NCBI GenBank assembly: GCA_019058275.1
Contig: JAHLVW010000103.1
Span: forward strand, 32,001 to 96,000
Reading direction: 5' to 3'
Length of the DNA stretch: 64,000 bases
DNA from: Candidatus Heimdallarchaeota archaeon
GTDB taxonomy: Archaea > Asgardarchaeota > Heimdallarchaeia > JABLTI01
Part shown: positions 8,869 through 20,059 of the stretch, one piece after another
How the letters are laid out: every line of letters begins with the position of its first letter
Numbering within the stretch: the stretch's first letter is position 1
The notes under the pieces: model-generated
Databases searched by the model: none
The model's input: the letters and a program-made list of their open reading frames with translations, nothing else
Told to the model about the DNA's origin: nothing
Translations under genes and position numbers: made by a program

Positions 8869-11800
8869 ATGGGGAAAGTTGTTGGTTTATTCATGCTTAT
8901 AAGAAGAAGTTATCTATTAAAAACAAAGTTAATTTTTGCGATAATTACTTTAGGTGTCTTGGCGAATGACTCTTTTAGATTTTTTCAAAACACTTCTGCT
9001 CATTCTTCTATAGCTTATCCGACAGAAATTTTCTCTATATGGAATGGGACAAATCCTACAATAAATGGTAGTATTCATTTTACTTTTCAAGGAGTTGCTG
9101 ATGAATGGGTTTATGCAGCAGTTTATGATATGTATGATAGCTCAAATGCAATGGGCGGGAAGCTGCTTTTGCAAAATGATAATGCTAGTCTTTATGTTGC
9201 AATTGATGCAACTAATTTTCAAGTTTTGACTCCTATTGCAGAATGGGGAACAACAATTTATTTTGATATAGATCACAATGGAGTTTTATCATCTACTGAT
9301 AAGTCAATACGTTTTATCTCCAATAGTACTGATGACTATGTAGAGTACAGACAATATAATGAGCTTTTAAGTAGATGGAATGTTATTGAATGGAGAAATC
9401 CTGGTATGACTCTACCAGTTACTGGTATTTATTTTGATACTGCCTTTACAACTTCTGCTTTTGATAACATTACTAATCATAGACAATACGAGATAAAAAT
9501 TCCTTTCACAGCTATATCTAGTGGACCAGGGAATAGTAGTGGGATTGCTTTCGAAGCTACAGATGATTATTCAGATCAATACGCAGCAATAACTTGGCCA
9601 TATATTGCAGATAATTTACTTGAAATCAGAACCAATGCTAATGAATGGGGAGATGTCTCTTTTGGAGAATCCAGCAAAGATGATTTTGATTATGTTGTAG
9701 AACAAAATATGAATGTCAAATCATCTGCTTTAGGATATAACAATGGGACCTATATAACATCAGGTGATATTGATGGAAATGGTGATCAAGAAATTATTGT
9801 GAGTTCGAATAGAACTGTATTAGGTGACGATAATTTACTAGCTATCTTTGACTATAATGGGGCAGAGTTCCAGCGAATTTGGTCATCATGGACTACGAGC
9901 CATCAATCCATAATTACTTTTCCAATTAAAGGGATTAAGACTTATGATTTTGATGGGGATGGGAAGAATGAAATTTATGCTGTAGGTGAGTCTACAAGGA
10001 TACTACGTTTTAGTGAATGGAATAGTACATCGAATGATTTTGACACAAGTGAAATAATCTTTACTCATAGTTATTCATTAATGGGTTATCTAACAATTGG
10101 AGATGGAAATAATGATTCTCTTGCTGATCTTGTTTTTGGAGATCAAAATGGTTATGTCAGTGTATTAGAATATAATTCACTCTCTGATAGTTTCTCTCAT
10201 GATTTTCGATCGCCGTTTAGATTTAGGATAAATTTAGTATACCCATATAGAATTCATGTATTAACAGTTGGAGATATTGATAATGATATGCAAAATGAAA
10301 TTCTGTTTAATTATCAAGTAACAGCTGATGATCAAATCTCATCAACACAACTCCTAATTTATGAACGATCTGTAGCTAAATACTTGGATAATCCAGCAGA
10401 TGATTTGCCTGCAGGTTCATCCACTACAACAGCTGATCAATTTGGTCATATAATTTTAGTTGCCGATGTAGACAATGATTTAGACATGGAAACAATCATG
10501 GTAGGCAAAGATTATCTAAAAATCTTTGAACAATATTCATTTTCAGATCCCACCCCACCACTACAAATTTCACTAAATGATGGTTTATCTAAGCCATCAA
10601 TGAGTGGTGGAGCTGCTCTTGCAGATCTTGATGATGATGGAATAAATGAACTAATTTTTGGAGCAAATAATGGTACATTATATATTGGACATGTCACTGA
10701 TTTGGGTTCATCTCTTAGTTTTAGTTTAAACTGGTCTGGTGATTTTGGTAGTAGTCTAGGTTTCCATGGTGCTATTACAACAGGGGATTTTGATGGAGAT
10801 GGTAGAACTGAATTCATTGTTGGAGATAATTATGGGCAAATATTGGTTTTTGGTAAAGGGGAAGCTCCTCAAATTTCAATTACAAGTCCTAGTTCAGGTT
10901 ATGTCTCATCTCGAGATAATGTTTTAGTTACTTGGTCAGCATCTGATGATTTACAAACAGTACATCATTTTGATGTATATGTTGATGGTGGTTTTACTAA
11001 TAGAGTTGGAGGAGGTCAAACTAGTATCGTTGCTTATCTTACTCCAGGACAGAATATAATTGAAGTAATTGCTTTTGATTTCTCAGGTTTAAGTAAAAAC
11101 ACTAGTGTTATTGTCAAATTTGATGTTGATGCTCCACAGGTGACAATTACTAGCCCAGAGAATTACTTCATGACCGATCTAGGTTCAGTTCAGATTACTT
11201 TTGATATTAACGATCCTGATAATGATTTTGATACTTATGAAATCTATAGAAATAGTACCTTATTGAAAAACTCTAGTATAATTGAACCTTATGATGTAGT
11301 TCTACCAAGTGATGGTATATGGAACATTACAGTAATTGCTGTTGATGTTACTTTGTTGAAAGGTAGAGAGAGTGTCTTCGTAATAAAAGATACAACTCCA
11401 CCTTCAATATCAATAACCTCCCCTCTGGATGGAAGTGCTTTCAAAAATACTGAGTTAGATATCATTTGGTCTGCTTCAGATGAGTTAACAGATATTGATT
11501 ACTATGAGGTGTATGTAGATGGTGGATATATTGATACTACCACTTTAAAGACATATACTGTTTTACTTGCTGTTGATAAAGACTTTACAATAGCTGTTAG
11601 AGCTTATGATTTATTAGGTAATTTCCAATCTGATACGATTACTGTAACTCGAGATAGAGTTGATCCATTAATTGAAATTGATCCTTTAGCTTTACCAACA
11701 CTTGCTGATGGTACATTCTATACAGATAATCCATTTCTTTCCTTAACTTGGAATGCTACTGACAATCTTTTAGGTTCTGGTATTAGCCATACACAAATTA

Positions 11801-14412
11801 TCATTAATGGACTTCTATATGATACTTACACTCCTTCAACTACTACTGATATTGTTGATTTAGGAGATGATAGTTTCAAAGATATCTTCGTAAGAACATA
11901 TGATGAAGCAGGGAACTTTGAAGAGGATTATGTAGCAGTTATTCTCGATAGAACAAATCCTGAGCTTTCAATTAATAATCCGGTAAATAATTTCACAACA
12001 GGTCTTGATTATGTTATTATCTCTTGGTATGCACATGATGCTGGTGTTGGAATAAAAGAGCAAGTTGTTTTAGTTGATGGTGTAGTTGAAAATATCATAA
12101 CAGATCCAACTATAAGATTCTATCAAATCTCAATACCTGATACAAAAACTTACTTGATAATTATAAGAATAATAGATATCTTAGATCACTTTATTGAACA
12201 ATCAATTAATGTTACTCATGATCCAAATGCTCCAACAATTATGATAATAAATCCTTCTAGTGTGACAGACTATTCCAATACAATGACTGTAGATTTAACA
12301 TGGAATATAATTAATATGGATGTCAGTGTTTTTGAAATATATATCAATGGTACGTATTACGATAATTATACAAGTGGAACTATTAATGCTGTTGTTAATT
12401 TACCTGTAAATCCTTATGAATATCCACTCTTTAATCTGACAATTATCGCAATTACTACAGATATGAAAGTCTATCAAGATTATAGATGGATAATTGTAGA
12501 CCAAACTGATCCTGTAGTTTCTATTATCGATCCACTAGATGATGATATCATAACATTATCAAGCTTGCAAATTGAATGGTTCAGTTATGATGACGGTTCT
12601 GGATTAGAAAGATTGGAAATCCATATTGATGATTTAGTTTTGCTAAAAGATGAAGCTTCAATATCCCATGTATTGGATATTACTGGTTATGATGGAACAT
12701 ATGATTTACTGGTATATGCTTTTGATATTGCTGGAAATAATGCTTTTGATATTGTAACTATTGAAATCTCTCTCTTACCACCTGATTTTACAACCTCTTT
12801 AGAACCATTAACCATTTGTAATGACCTTAATATGCAATTTAATCTTTCAATCTATAATCCTAGATTGGGTGTGAAAACAGTTACTGTTATTGCTGATAGT
12901 GTAAATGATGTTTATTCAGTAGATTATGCGCTAGATTATGTAACATCTCCTATTTGGATATTGATAAATGTCACACAAAGTGATTTTCTAGATGGATTAG
13001 TAAATCATAATTTAACAATAAACGTGTATGATAGAGCAAATAGAGCGAGTAAAGAGGTTTACGATATAATTTTGGATGAAGTATATCCAGTATTTTGGCA
13101 AAATCCAGTTATTGATAACAGCATTTTAAGTAATACTCTCTTTGAAATAACTCTTGATGAAGAAGGTAATAACTACCATAATATTACAATTTATATTAAA
13201 GAAGAATATGGTCTTAGCAATGTAACATTAACAATTACAGGTTTAAATTATAGCGAAACATTTTGTATGATTTGTGTAGGTGAAAGAGCTACAAGTCCTC
13301 TCTATCAATATACTATTCAATTGAATTTTGATAATTTTGAGACAGGTGATTATCAATTAGTTTTCAATTTCACAGATGTAGCTGGTAATAGTAATTCAGC
13401 AATTTATAATATGCGAATAAATGAAGAAATAATTCTTGATACCGGAAATCCACTAATCTACGTGATTATAGGTGTTGTATTAACCGTAATAGTAGCTATT
13501 GTACTTGCTATTTCTCTACGTAAACCAATTTCAAATATTGGCTGGCGAGATGAATTGGTTGTTGTATCATATATTTTGAACTCAGGTCTTACAACAATAT
13601 TTGTACCTTACTCGCCTGAGATAATTACGGATGAACAGCTATTTGGCGGGGCGTTGACTGGAATAAGAGGTATTCTCGAGGAAATAATTGGAACTAAATC
13701 TGAGTTTGAAGTTGAAGTGTTTGAATTTGGTGAAAAGCACTTATTGATTTATTCAGGTTTATTTGGTGATTGTATATTAATAGTTAAGAAACTAAAACCA
13801 ATTCATGTAAGAACACTTAGTTTCTTTGCTGACGATTTTGAAAAACAATATTCTGAGGTATTGGATGATGATACTCACGTGACTCAAGAAGAATACAAAG
13901 GATCAGAAGAATTAGTTGAAAAATACTTTGGTAAAAGATTTAATCTTGAAACAATTGCATTTAGATTGTCAAGAGCTGAACGAGAAAAATTACATAGGAA
14001 ACTACAAGAAGATGAAATGATTGATCAAGATACAGTAATAAGCTCATTTTATGGTGAAATCATTACAAAGTATGAGAAATTTGATGAATTGCCTAGTAAG
14101 ACGAAAAACTTTGTAGGGGATGCAATAATTCTTGCTGAACAAGCACTTACAGAATTAATCTCATACGAATTTAAACACGCAAAAAGAAGTGCTAAAGCAT
14201 CATTAGAGAGTCTTGAAAAAGCAAGAAAAACAAAAGAACCTTTAGACAAGTATTTACAAATTCTGGATACAATTCCAAAAATCGTTGAAAAGGTTCTAGA
14301 AGGAGCATATCACGGAAAAAGAGGAAGAATAGAAGAACTCCATAAAGCTATTGAAGTTGCTTCGCAATTGTTCTTAAGTCAAATCACAAGTCTATCTGAA
14401 TTAGATAGATAG
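8869..14412 (+). CDS. Large single-pass surface protein: DOMON/CBM9-like, 7 FG-GAP repeats, ~9 Ig-like domains, TM, cytoplasmic longin-like domain
   Basis: Signal-like N-terminus; seven (G/A/Y)D.D.DG..E/D-type motifs; P.I.I.SP..DxAGN repeats; TM LIYVIIGVVLTVIVAIVLAISL-RK; cytoplasmic SGL..DEQLFGGALTGIRGILEE..F..DFE..Y. Confidence 0.85.
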   Translation: MGKVVGLFMLIRRSYLLKTKLIFAIITLGVLANDSFRFFQNTSAHSSIAYPTEIFSIWNGTNPTINGSIHFTFQGVADEWVYAAVYDMYDSSNAMGGKLLLQNDNASLYVAIDATNFQVLTPIAEWGTTIYFDIDHNGVLSSTDKSIRFISNSTDDYVEYRQYNELLSRWNVIEWRNPGMTLPVTGIYFDTAFTTSAFDNITNHRQYEIKIPFTAISSGPGNSSGIAFEATDDYSDQYAAITWPYIADNLLEIRTNANEWGDVSFGESSKDDFDYVVEQNMNVKSSALGYNNGTYITSGDIDGNGDQEIIVSSNRTVLGDDNLLAIFDYNGAEFQRIWSSWTTSHQSIITFPIKGIKTYDFDGDGKNEIYAVGESTRILRFSEWNSTSNDFDTSEIIFTHSYSLMGYLTIGDGNNDSLADLVFGDQNGYVSVLEYNSLSDSFSHDFRSPFRFRINLVYPYRIHVLTVGDIDNDMQNEILFNYQVTADDQISSTQLLIYERSVAKYLDNPADDLPAGSSTTTADQFGHIILVADVDNDLDMETIMVGKDYLKIFEQYSFSDPTPPLQISLNDGLSKPSMSGGAALADLDDDGINELIFGANNGTLYIGHVTDLGSSLSFSLNWSGDFGSSLGFHGAITTGDFDGDGRTEFIVGDNYGQILVFGKGEAPQISITSPSSGYVSSRDNVLVTWSASDDLQTVHHFDVYVDGGFTNRVGGGQTSIVAYLTPGQNIIEVIAFDFSGLSKNTSVIVKFDVDAPQVTITSPENYFMTDLGSVQITFDINDPDNDFDTYEIYRNSTLLKNSSIIEPYDVVLPSDGIWNITVIAVDVTLLKGRESVFVIKDTTPPSISITSPLDGSAFKNTELDIIWSASDELTDIDYYEVYVDGGYIDTTTLKTYTVLLAVDKDFTIAVRAYDLLGNFQSDTITVTRDRVDPLIEIDPLALPTLADGTFYTDNPFLSLTWNATDNLLGSGISHTQIIINGLLYDTYTPSTTTDIVDLGDDSFKDIFVRTYDEAGNFEEDYVAVILDRTNPELSINNPVNNFTTGLDYVIISWYAHDAGVGIKEQVVLVDGVVENIITDPTIRFYQISIPDTKTYLIIIRIIDILDHFIEQSINVTHDPNAPTIMIINPSSVTDYSNTMTVDLTWNIINMDVSVFEIYINGTYYDNYTSGTINAVVNLPVNPYEYPLFNLTIIAITTDMKVYQDYRWIIVDQTDPVVSIIDPLDDDIITLSSLQIEWFSYDDGSGLERLEIHIDDLVLLKDEASISHVLDITGYDGTYDLLVYAFDIAGNNAFDIVTIEISLLPPDFTTSLEPLTICNDLNMQFNLSIYNPRLGVKTVTVIADSVNDVYSVDYALDYVTSPIWILINVTQSDFLDGLVNHNLTINVYDRANRASKEVYDIILDEVYPVFWQNPVIDNSILSNTLFEITLDEEGNNYHNITIYIKEEYGLSNVTLTITGLNYSETFCMICVGERATSPLYQYTIQLNFDNFETGDYQLVFNFTDVAGNSNSAIYNMRINEEIILDTGNPLIYVIIGVVLTVIVAIVLAISLRKPISNIGWRDELVVVSYILNSGLTTIFVPYSPEIITDEQLFGGALTGIRGILEEIIGTKSEFEVEVFEFGEKHLLIYSGLFGDCILIVKKLKPIHVRTLSFFADDFEKQYSEVLDDDTHVTQEEYKGSEELVEKYFGKRFNLETIAFRLSRAEREKLHRKLQEDEMIDQDTVISSFYGEIITKYEKFDELPSKTKNFVGDAIILAEQALTELISYEFKHAKRSAKASLESLEKARKTKEPLDKYLQILDTIPKIVEKVLEGAYHGKRGRIEELHKAIEVASQLFLSQITSLSELDR

Positions 14413-14452
14413 CACTTTGATTTGAGATAAACTATTTTCTTTTATTTATTGC

Positions 14453-15397
14453 TTACATGAAACTCTTCTTTTCAGAATCTGAAGCTTCATATTTCCATGC
14501 TTCTGGGATAATAAGATCAACTGTCTTGGGTGTAATACCAAATTCTATTTTTTTGGCTTCTCTTGAAAAGATTTCACCTTCTGTAACCCAGGTCAAATTT
14601 TTCTCGCTTTCGAGTGTTATCTTCTTTCCATAGAGGATTTCTGCCTTCTTGTTCTTCTTAATGCTTTGAAACATTAATTTTATCATTGAATTGATGAGTC
14701 TGAACCCTTTGTAATCTTTCAAGAATACAACGCCTAGTTCACCTTTTTGTGGATGGTTGTCAGGTAGTACTTTATATCCACCTAATACATCACCAAAACC
14801 TAGTGCGAAAAATGAAAGGTCAATTTCTCTGACTTGATCACCAACAGTAATCTTGGTCTTAACAGGTTTGTATTTGAAAGCTGATTCAAAAGCCAATAAA
14901 GTATATCGTAAATCACCCTTTAACCAAGGTTTACCCCTAGTACGTTCAACTTCGTTAAGGTATCCAAGAAAAGCACCATTGACCATATCAAGAAAATAGC
15001 GTTTAGTATCGCCATATGCGTAAGCAACAGGTGCCTTTACTGTATATCCAGCCTTAACCACCTCAAAGGCTTTTTCCAAATTTTTTGGTATGCCATTTGT
15101 TTGGGATGCATCGCAAGAACCACCTGATGGAATTATACCAATTTTAATATCTGAATCATAAACCACATTGAGAATTTCATTTAACGTGCCATCGCCACCA
15201 ACGGATAAGATAGTTTTATGACCTGCATCTTTTGCCCTTTTTGTTACTTCAATACCATCGCCAACTTTGGTGGTCAACTCATACTCAAAATCTCCAAGCA
15301 CTTTTTTTGAAGTCTCGAGAATTTCATCTAAAATTTTCTCTGTTTTGCCCTCATTTGCATTTGGATTTATTACTAAGAAAGGAGTCCTAACTGCCAT
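14453..15397 (-). CDS. Diacylglycerol kinase family lipid kinase (YegS/DagK-like)
   Basis: INPNA, GGDGTLNE, GIIPSGGSCD, EGE motifs. Confidence 0.9.
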   Translation of the reverse strand: MAVRTPFLVINPNANEGKTEKILDEILETSKKVLGDFEYELTTKVGDGIEVTKRAKDAGHKTILSVGGDGTLNEILNVVYDSDIKIGIIPSGGSCDASQTNGIPKNLEKAFEVVKAGYTVKAPVAYAYGDTKRYFLDMVNGAFLGYLNEVERTRGKPWLKGDLRYTLLAFESAFKYKPVKTKITVGDQVREIDLSFFALGFGDVLGGYKVLPDNHPQKGELGVVFLKDYKGFRLINSMIKLMFQSIKKNKKAEILYGKKITLESEKNLTWVTEGEIFSREAKKIEFGITPKTVDLIIPEAWKYEASDSEKKSFM

Positions 15398-15486
15398 TTT
15401 GTAAAAATCTCCTAATTGTTTTTTAATTCAAGGAAGATTGCATCTTAATATCTTTTATGTTCTTTTTCGACATAAATAATAACAAT

Positions 15487-16469
15487 TCATTGGGGAATTT
15501 TTCCTTTATTAATAGATTTTATCGCATTCTTTTTCTCGGAGTTGGATTGATATTTGTATTTCCATCCTTCAGGAATTATCAAATTAACTTGTTTTGAATG
15601 AATGCCAATATCCACTCTGGTTGTTTTTGTTGAAAATATCTCACCCTCAGCAACCCATGTCATAGGTGTTTCGCTTTCAACTGTTACATTCTTCCCATAG
15701 AGAACTTCTGCATGTTTATTCTTCTCTACACTTTGAAACATTAATCTCATCATTGAAACTAAAAATTTGAAGCTTTTTATATCCTTGATGATAGCAACAC
15801 CGAGTTTACATTTCCTAGGATTATTTCCAGGAATAATTTCATACCCAGCAACCACATTGCTCAATCCTGTGGTGAAATAAGCTAAACTTACCTCTTCTAT
15901 TACTTGGTCGTCGATAATAACTTTGGATTTTGGAGCTTTGTACTTGAACGCTGCTTCGAAAGCCATTATTGTATAACGTAAATCTCCTTTTAACCATGGT
16001 TTCCCCCAAGTAGCTTCACGATCATTAACATAACCTGCAAGTCCACTGTTAACCATATCAATGAAATATCTGTTTGAATCACCTAAAGCTATTCCAATAG
16101 GTAATTTCTCAGAATGACCTGATGCTACTATTTCAAATGATCTTTCAAGATTTAAGGGAATTGCGTGTGCTTGAAATGCCTCACAAGAACCACCAGTGGG
16201 TATCATACCTACTGCAATATCTGTATTTGCAACAGCATTAATTACTTCGTTGAGCGCGTTCCATCTCCACCAACAGCAAGAATCGTTTTAAATCCATTTT
16301 TGATTGCTTTTTCTGCAATAGATATACCATCACCTGTTTTTGTGGTTAATTCATACTCAAAATCCCCAAGTATTCTTTTTGATGAATTTAGAATAGAATT
16401 AACTATCTTCTCAGTTTTGCCTTCATTAACATTTGGATTTATCACTAAGAAAGGAGTACTATTTGCCAT
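15487..16469 (-). pseudogene. Tandem paralog of DAG kinase, frameshifted near 16255
   Basis: GGDGT followed by an extra CG dinucleotide (acg-cg-ctc-aac); rest closely matches 14453-15397 (GKPWLKGDLRYT). Confidence 0.88.
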
Positions 16470-16694
16470 TATGAATTGATCTCTTGTTAATTGCTAAGTC
16501 TAGAAAGTTTGTGATTTAATATCTTTTCTGCTTTAGTTTTTATTGAAATATATATTTTCAAGAATAAACAGAACTAGATAGTTACCTTTTTATCAGAATA
16601 ACTTCTCACAGAGATGAGAATATATTTTTATATCATTATTGTTATATTAAAGTAACCAAAATCGTAAGAGAAGCAAAAACTCGAGGATAAATGA

Positions 16695-16943
16695 ATGTCT
16701 TCAACAAAAACGAAGAAACACAGAAAACTAGATTTCCTAGATATACAGAATAATGCTACAGAATTATATGATACTATGACTGAGTATTTGATACTAAAAA
16801 ATAAGTATGAAGAACCAACAGATGTAAAACGATTAAGAATACAAGCTGAGGAAACACTAAAAGTTAATGATCTAAATTATGATCAAGCATACAATTATTT
16901 TAGCACAGCCTTGAAGCTTATGAAGGCTTATTATAATTTGTAG
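16695..16943 (+). CDS. Hypothetical helical protein
   Basis: 82-aa ORF with GAGGA RBS; no family recognised. Confidence 0.5.
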   Translation: MSSTKTKKHRKLDFLDIQNNATELYDTMTEYLILKNKYEEPTDVKRLRIQAEETLKVNDLNYDQAYNYFSTALKLMKAYYNL

Positions 16944-17012
16944 GAAATTGCTATATCTTAAAGAAAATAGTTGGTTGATTTTTATAGACCAGATTATTTG
17001 AGGAAAGAGAAA

Positions 17013-17375
17013 ATGACACAAGATGAAAAAGCACTAGTAAGGAAAACAATGGAAATCTATATCGAAGCTAGCAGATGGTTAGATTATGATAAAGTAATAT
17101 CTGTCGTCCATCCAGATGCCCGGTTATTTATTGGGAATACTTCTGAGAGCAAAAATCTCTACAAACATTGGAAACAAGGTTTAGAGCGTTTTAAGGATAT
17201 AGATAGAGAAGAATCCAATAAGAATACTAAAATTGAGATTCTTTCAATTGAAGTTGAAGGAACAATAGTGAATGTTAAACTAAATTACAATTCCAGGTAT
17301 TATGATTTTCATAACCTGATTAAAATCAATGAAGAATGGAAAATTGTAGATAAAGTTTCACACGAAATAGAATAA
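17013..17375 (+). CDS. NTF2/SnoaL-like (lumazine-binding type) protein
   Basis: HPDARL, IEVEGTI..VKL, D.HNLIKINEEWKIVDK; ORF track starts at 16971, ATG 17013 preferred. Confidence 0.8.
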   Translation: MTQDEKALVRKTMEIYIEASRWLDYDKVISVVHPDARLFIGNTSESKNLYKHWKQGLERFKDIDREESNKNTKIEILSIEVEGTIVNVKLNYNSRYYDFHNLIKINEEWKIVDKVSHEIE

Positions 17376-17405
17376 ATGAATCATAAAAATGGAGGAAGAT
17401 AAAAT

Positions 17406-18167
17406 ATGTTTATTGATACACACTTGCATTTAGAAAAACGTTGGTTAAAGGATGATACTAATCGTCAATTTGCCATTGATGATATCAATAAAAATAAGAT
17501 AATTACTTGGGCTGTGACATCTGATATACAATCATATAAAGAGACGATTGAGTATGCAAAACAGTCAAAATACATTTTTGCATCTTTTGGTGTTCTACCT
17601 TGGTATGCTCACGAATATGTTGATAGATTTGATGAGATTGCTAAATTATGTGAAGAAGCAATCATGCTCGGAGAAATTGGCTTAGATGAAAAATATGCTA
17701 AAGATAAAGCTTGCATTCCACATCAAAAACCAATGCTTGAGATTTTCTTGAAAGAAGCAGAGAAAAATAACAAAATAATGAATCTTCATTTCCGAGGAAA
17801 AGAACGAGAGAGTTTCGAGATTATAAAAAGCTACAAAATCAAGAAACCAATATTCCATGGCTATTCTGGTGAAATAGATTTAATGAAGGAAATTAACGAC
17901 CTAGGGTACTATTACTCAATAGGTCGAAGATATAATGAAGAAAAACTACTTGAAATTCCAGATGATCTTTTACTATTGGAAATTGATGTTCTTCCTACAG
18001 AGGATTTCAAAGTTCCATCTGAAGTCTTTTCAGATATGCTAGAACGACATGCGAAAGTAAGGAATATTACACTTGAAGAACTGGAAGCAATAAATCAAAA
18101 GAACGTCTTAAGACTCATTGGTGATGATCCAAACCTAAATGAAATGAAGAAGCTAATCCAAGGCTAA
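17406..18167 (+). CDS. tatD: TatD-family hydrolase/nuclease
   Basis: IDTHLH, GEIGLD, LHFR, FHGYSG, LLEID (usually ETD). Confidence 0.88.
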   Translation: MFIDTHLHLEKRWLKDDTNRQFAIDDINKNKIITWAVTSDIQSYKETIEYAKQSKYIFASFGVLPWYAHEYVDRFDEIAKLCEEAIMLGEIGLDEKYAKDKACIPHQKPMLEIFLKEAEKNNKIMNLHFRGKERESFEIIKSYKIKKPIFHGYSGEIDLMKEINDLGYYYSIGRRYNEEKLLEIPDDLLLLEIDVLPTEDFKVPSEVFSDMLERHAKVRNITLEELEAINQKNVLRLIGDDPNLNEMKKLIQG

Positions 18168-18301
18168 TCAAACTTAATACTTTATGAATGTATTGAGTTT
18201 TCTATTATTTTATGTTTAAATCATGAAATGAACATATAAACAGAAATTTTTCTATTCCAAATTGTGGTGAAAAGATTTCATCTAACAGCAATGGTAGTAT
18301 T

Positions 18302-18628
18302 ATGAATTCAAAAATATCTAAAAGACTATTTTTTTCACCATTGATTCAAAGCTATTTTTCGATCATATATAGCTTTGTATGTATAGTTTTAGTAATTATT
18401 TCTATGAAAATTCATATACCATACAAATCTGATCCTGAATACTTGTTATTCATATTTTTCTTAATTATAATAAGAGTTAGTATAATAGGTATAATCTTTG
18501 GCATTAAAAATAGTCATATTATTGAGGGTTTTATAAGTAGCATTTTATGTTATTTGGCTTCTATATTTTTTTCAAGTCAGCTTTTGATATTTAATCAATT
18601 TATTCTTCCTTATTGGTGGGCGATATGA
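18302..18628 (+). CDS. Small membrane protein (3 TM)
   Basis: Hydrophobic 108-aa ORF. Confidence 0.55.
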   Translation: MNSKISKRLFFSPLIQSYFSIIYSFVCIVLVIISMKIHIPYKSDPEYLLFIFFLIIIRVSIIGIIFGIKNSHIIEGFISSILCYLASIFFSSQLLIFNQFILPYWWAI

Positions 18629-18718
18629 TTAATGAATTATGCATGCTTATGTTGGTGTTTTATTTATTTTTCACTTTAGACAATAGGTTCATATGATGAA
18701 TTCCATAACAATTTCTTC

Positions 18719-19555
18719 ATGAAGCAATGGGAAAAAGAAAAGTTTGTAGTTGAAAGAACTTCAACACCAATAACTAAAACATCTTTAATCAAGGATTTTG
18801 AAAACATTAGTCTCAAGAAAGGCGATACAGTTATTGTTCATAGTTCTATGAGCAAATTAGGTTGGACTGTAGGTGGTCCAAATTCAGTTATTGAAGCTTT
18901 AATGGATGTGATTACTAGAGAAGGCACAATTGCAATGCCTACTATGACAACAGGCAATACAGATCCGAGACGTTGGAATTATCCTTCCGTACCTAAAGAA
19001 TGGTGGCCAATAATTCGAGCTGAAAGACCTGCTTACCAACCTGAAGCTACACCAACTCGAGGAATGGGTCGAATTCCATAGGTATTTCGCACATATCCTG
19101 AAGTTTGTCGAAGTAATCATCCGATATATTCATTCACAGCATGGGGAAAGAATGCGAAAAATATAATTGAAAATCATAATTATACAGACACCTTTACAGG
19201 AAAGAGTCCTTTAGGAAGATTATATCAATTAAATGCTAGGATTTTACTGATTGGTGTAGGTCATATCAATAATACTTCTCTTCATCATGCTGAATGGAAA
19301 ACAAATATTCCTAACTTCCCAAGAGTACCTCAAGGAGCTGCTCTTTTGGAGAATGGAAAACGAGTTTGGAAAGATTGGGAAGAACTTGAATATAGCGATG
19401 AAGATTTTACTGAAGTAGGAAATGCTTTTGAAAAATCGATAAATTATGAACCCAAACTGATTGAACAGACTGAAAGCCGTTTAGTATCTATGAGAGAATT
19501 AGTTGATTTTGCTGTAGATTGGTTTAGAAAGAATCGTAAATATAATGAAAAATAG
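18719..19555 (+). pseudogene. AAC(3)/YokD-family N-acetyltransferase with in-frame TAG at 19079-19081
   Basis: VHSSMSKLG, MPT, MGRIP*VFRTYP, RSNHP, LLIGVG..NTSLH; all in one frame through to 19555. Confidence 0.9.
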
Positions 19556-19655
19556 ATGAATTTTTTACATTTTATACGTTTTTTTATTATAAATAAGAAT
19601 TAAATAGATCTTAGTCAATAATTATTGTAATATTACTCTGGGGGCTGGAATTTAA

Positions 19656-20000
19656 ATGACTGAATTAGAGAAACATGAAAATGAAGTTTTGATAGAGAAA
19701 ATGCGTGCAACCAAAATTAGAAATCTTCTATTACATTATATTGAAAAAACACAAGATGATTTTGATCATTATTTATGTTATGAGAAATATGGTTCTGCGA
19801 AATTTAAAAAGAAGAAATATACTTTAGATAAAGAGGATCTTGCTGAACAAAGTAAAATAAAATCAAGGAATTTTAAATTAGTATTTAAAGAACTTTTTGA
19901 AAAAGCTACTGAACAAAAACCAATCTTAGAAGTTCTAAGTAAAAACGATTCTAATGACAAAATCCGTGATTGGGCTAAATCCTTGCTGGTAAAATTGTAA
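19656..20000 (+). CDS. Hypothetical protein with HEAT-like C-terminus
   Basis: 114 aa; ends NDSNDKIRDWAKSLL. Confidence 0.55.
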   Translation: MTELEKHENEVLIEKMRATKIRNLLLHYIEKTQDDFDHYLCYEKYGSAKFKKKKYTLDKEDLAEQSKIKSRNFKLVFKELFEKATEQKPILEVLSKNDSNDKIRDWAKSLLVKL

Positions 20001-20059
20001 GCTCTAGAAAGACTATCTTACTATTCCAGCTGTTTTTTATTCCATCAACAGTGCTGAAA

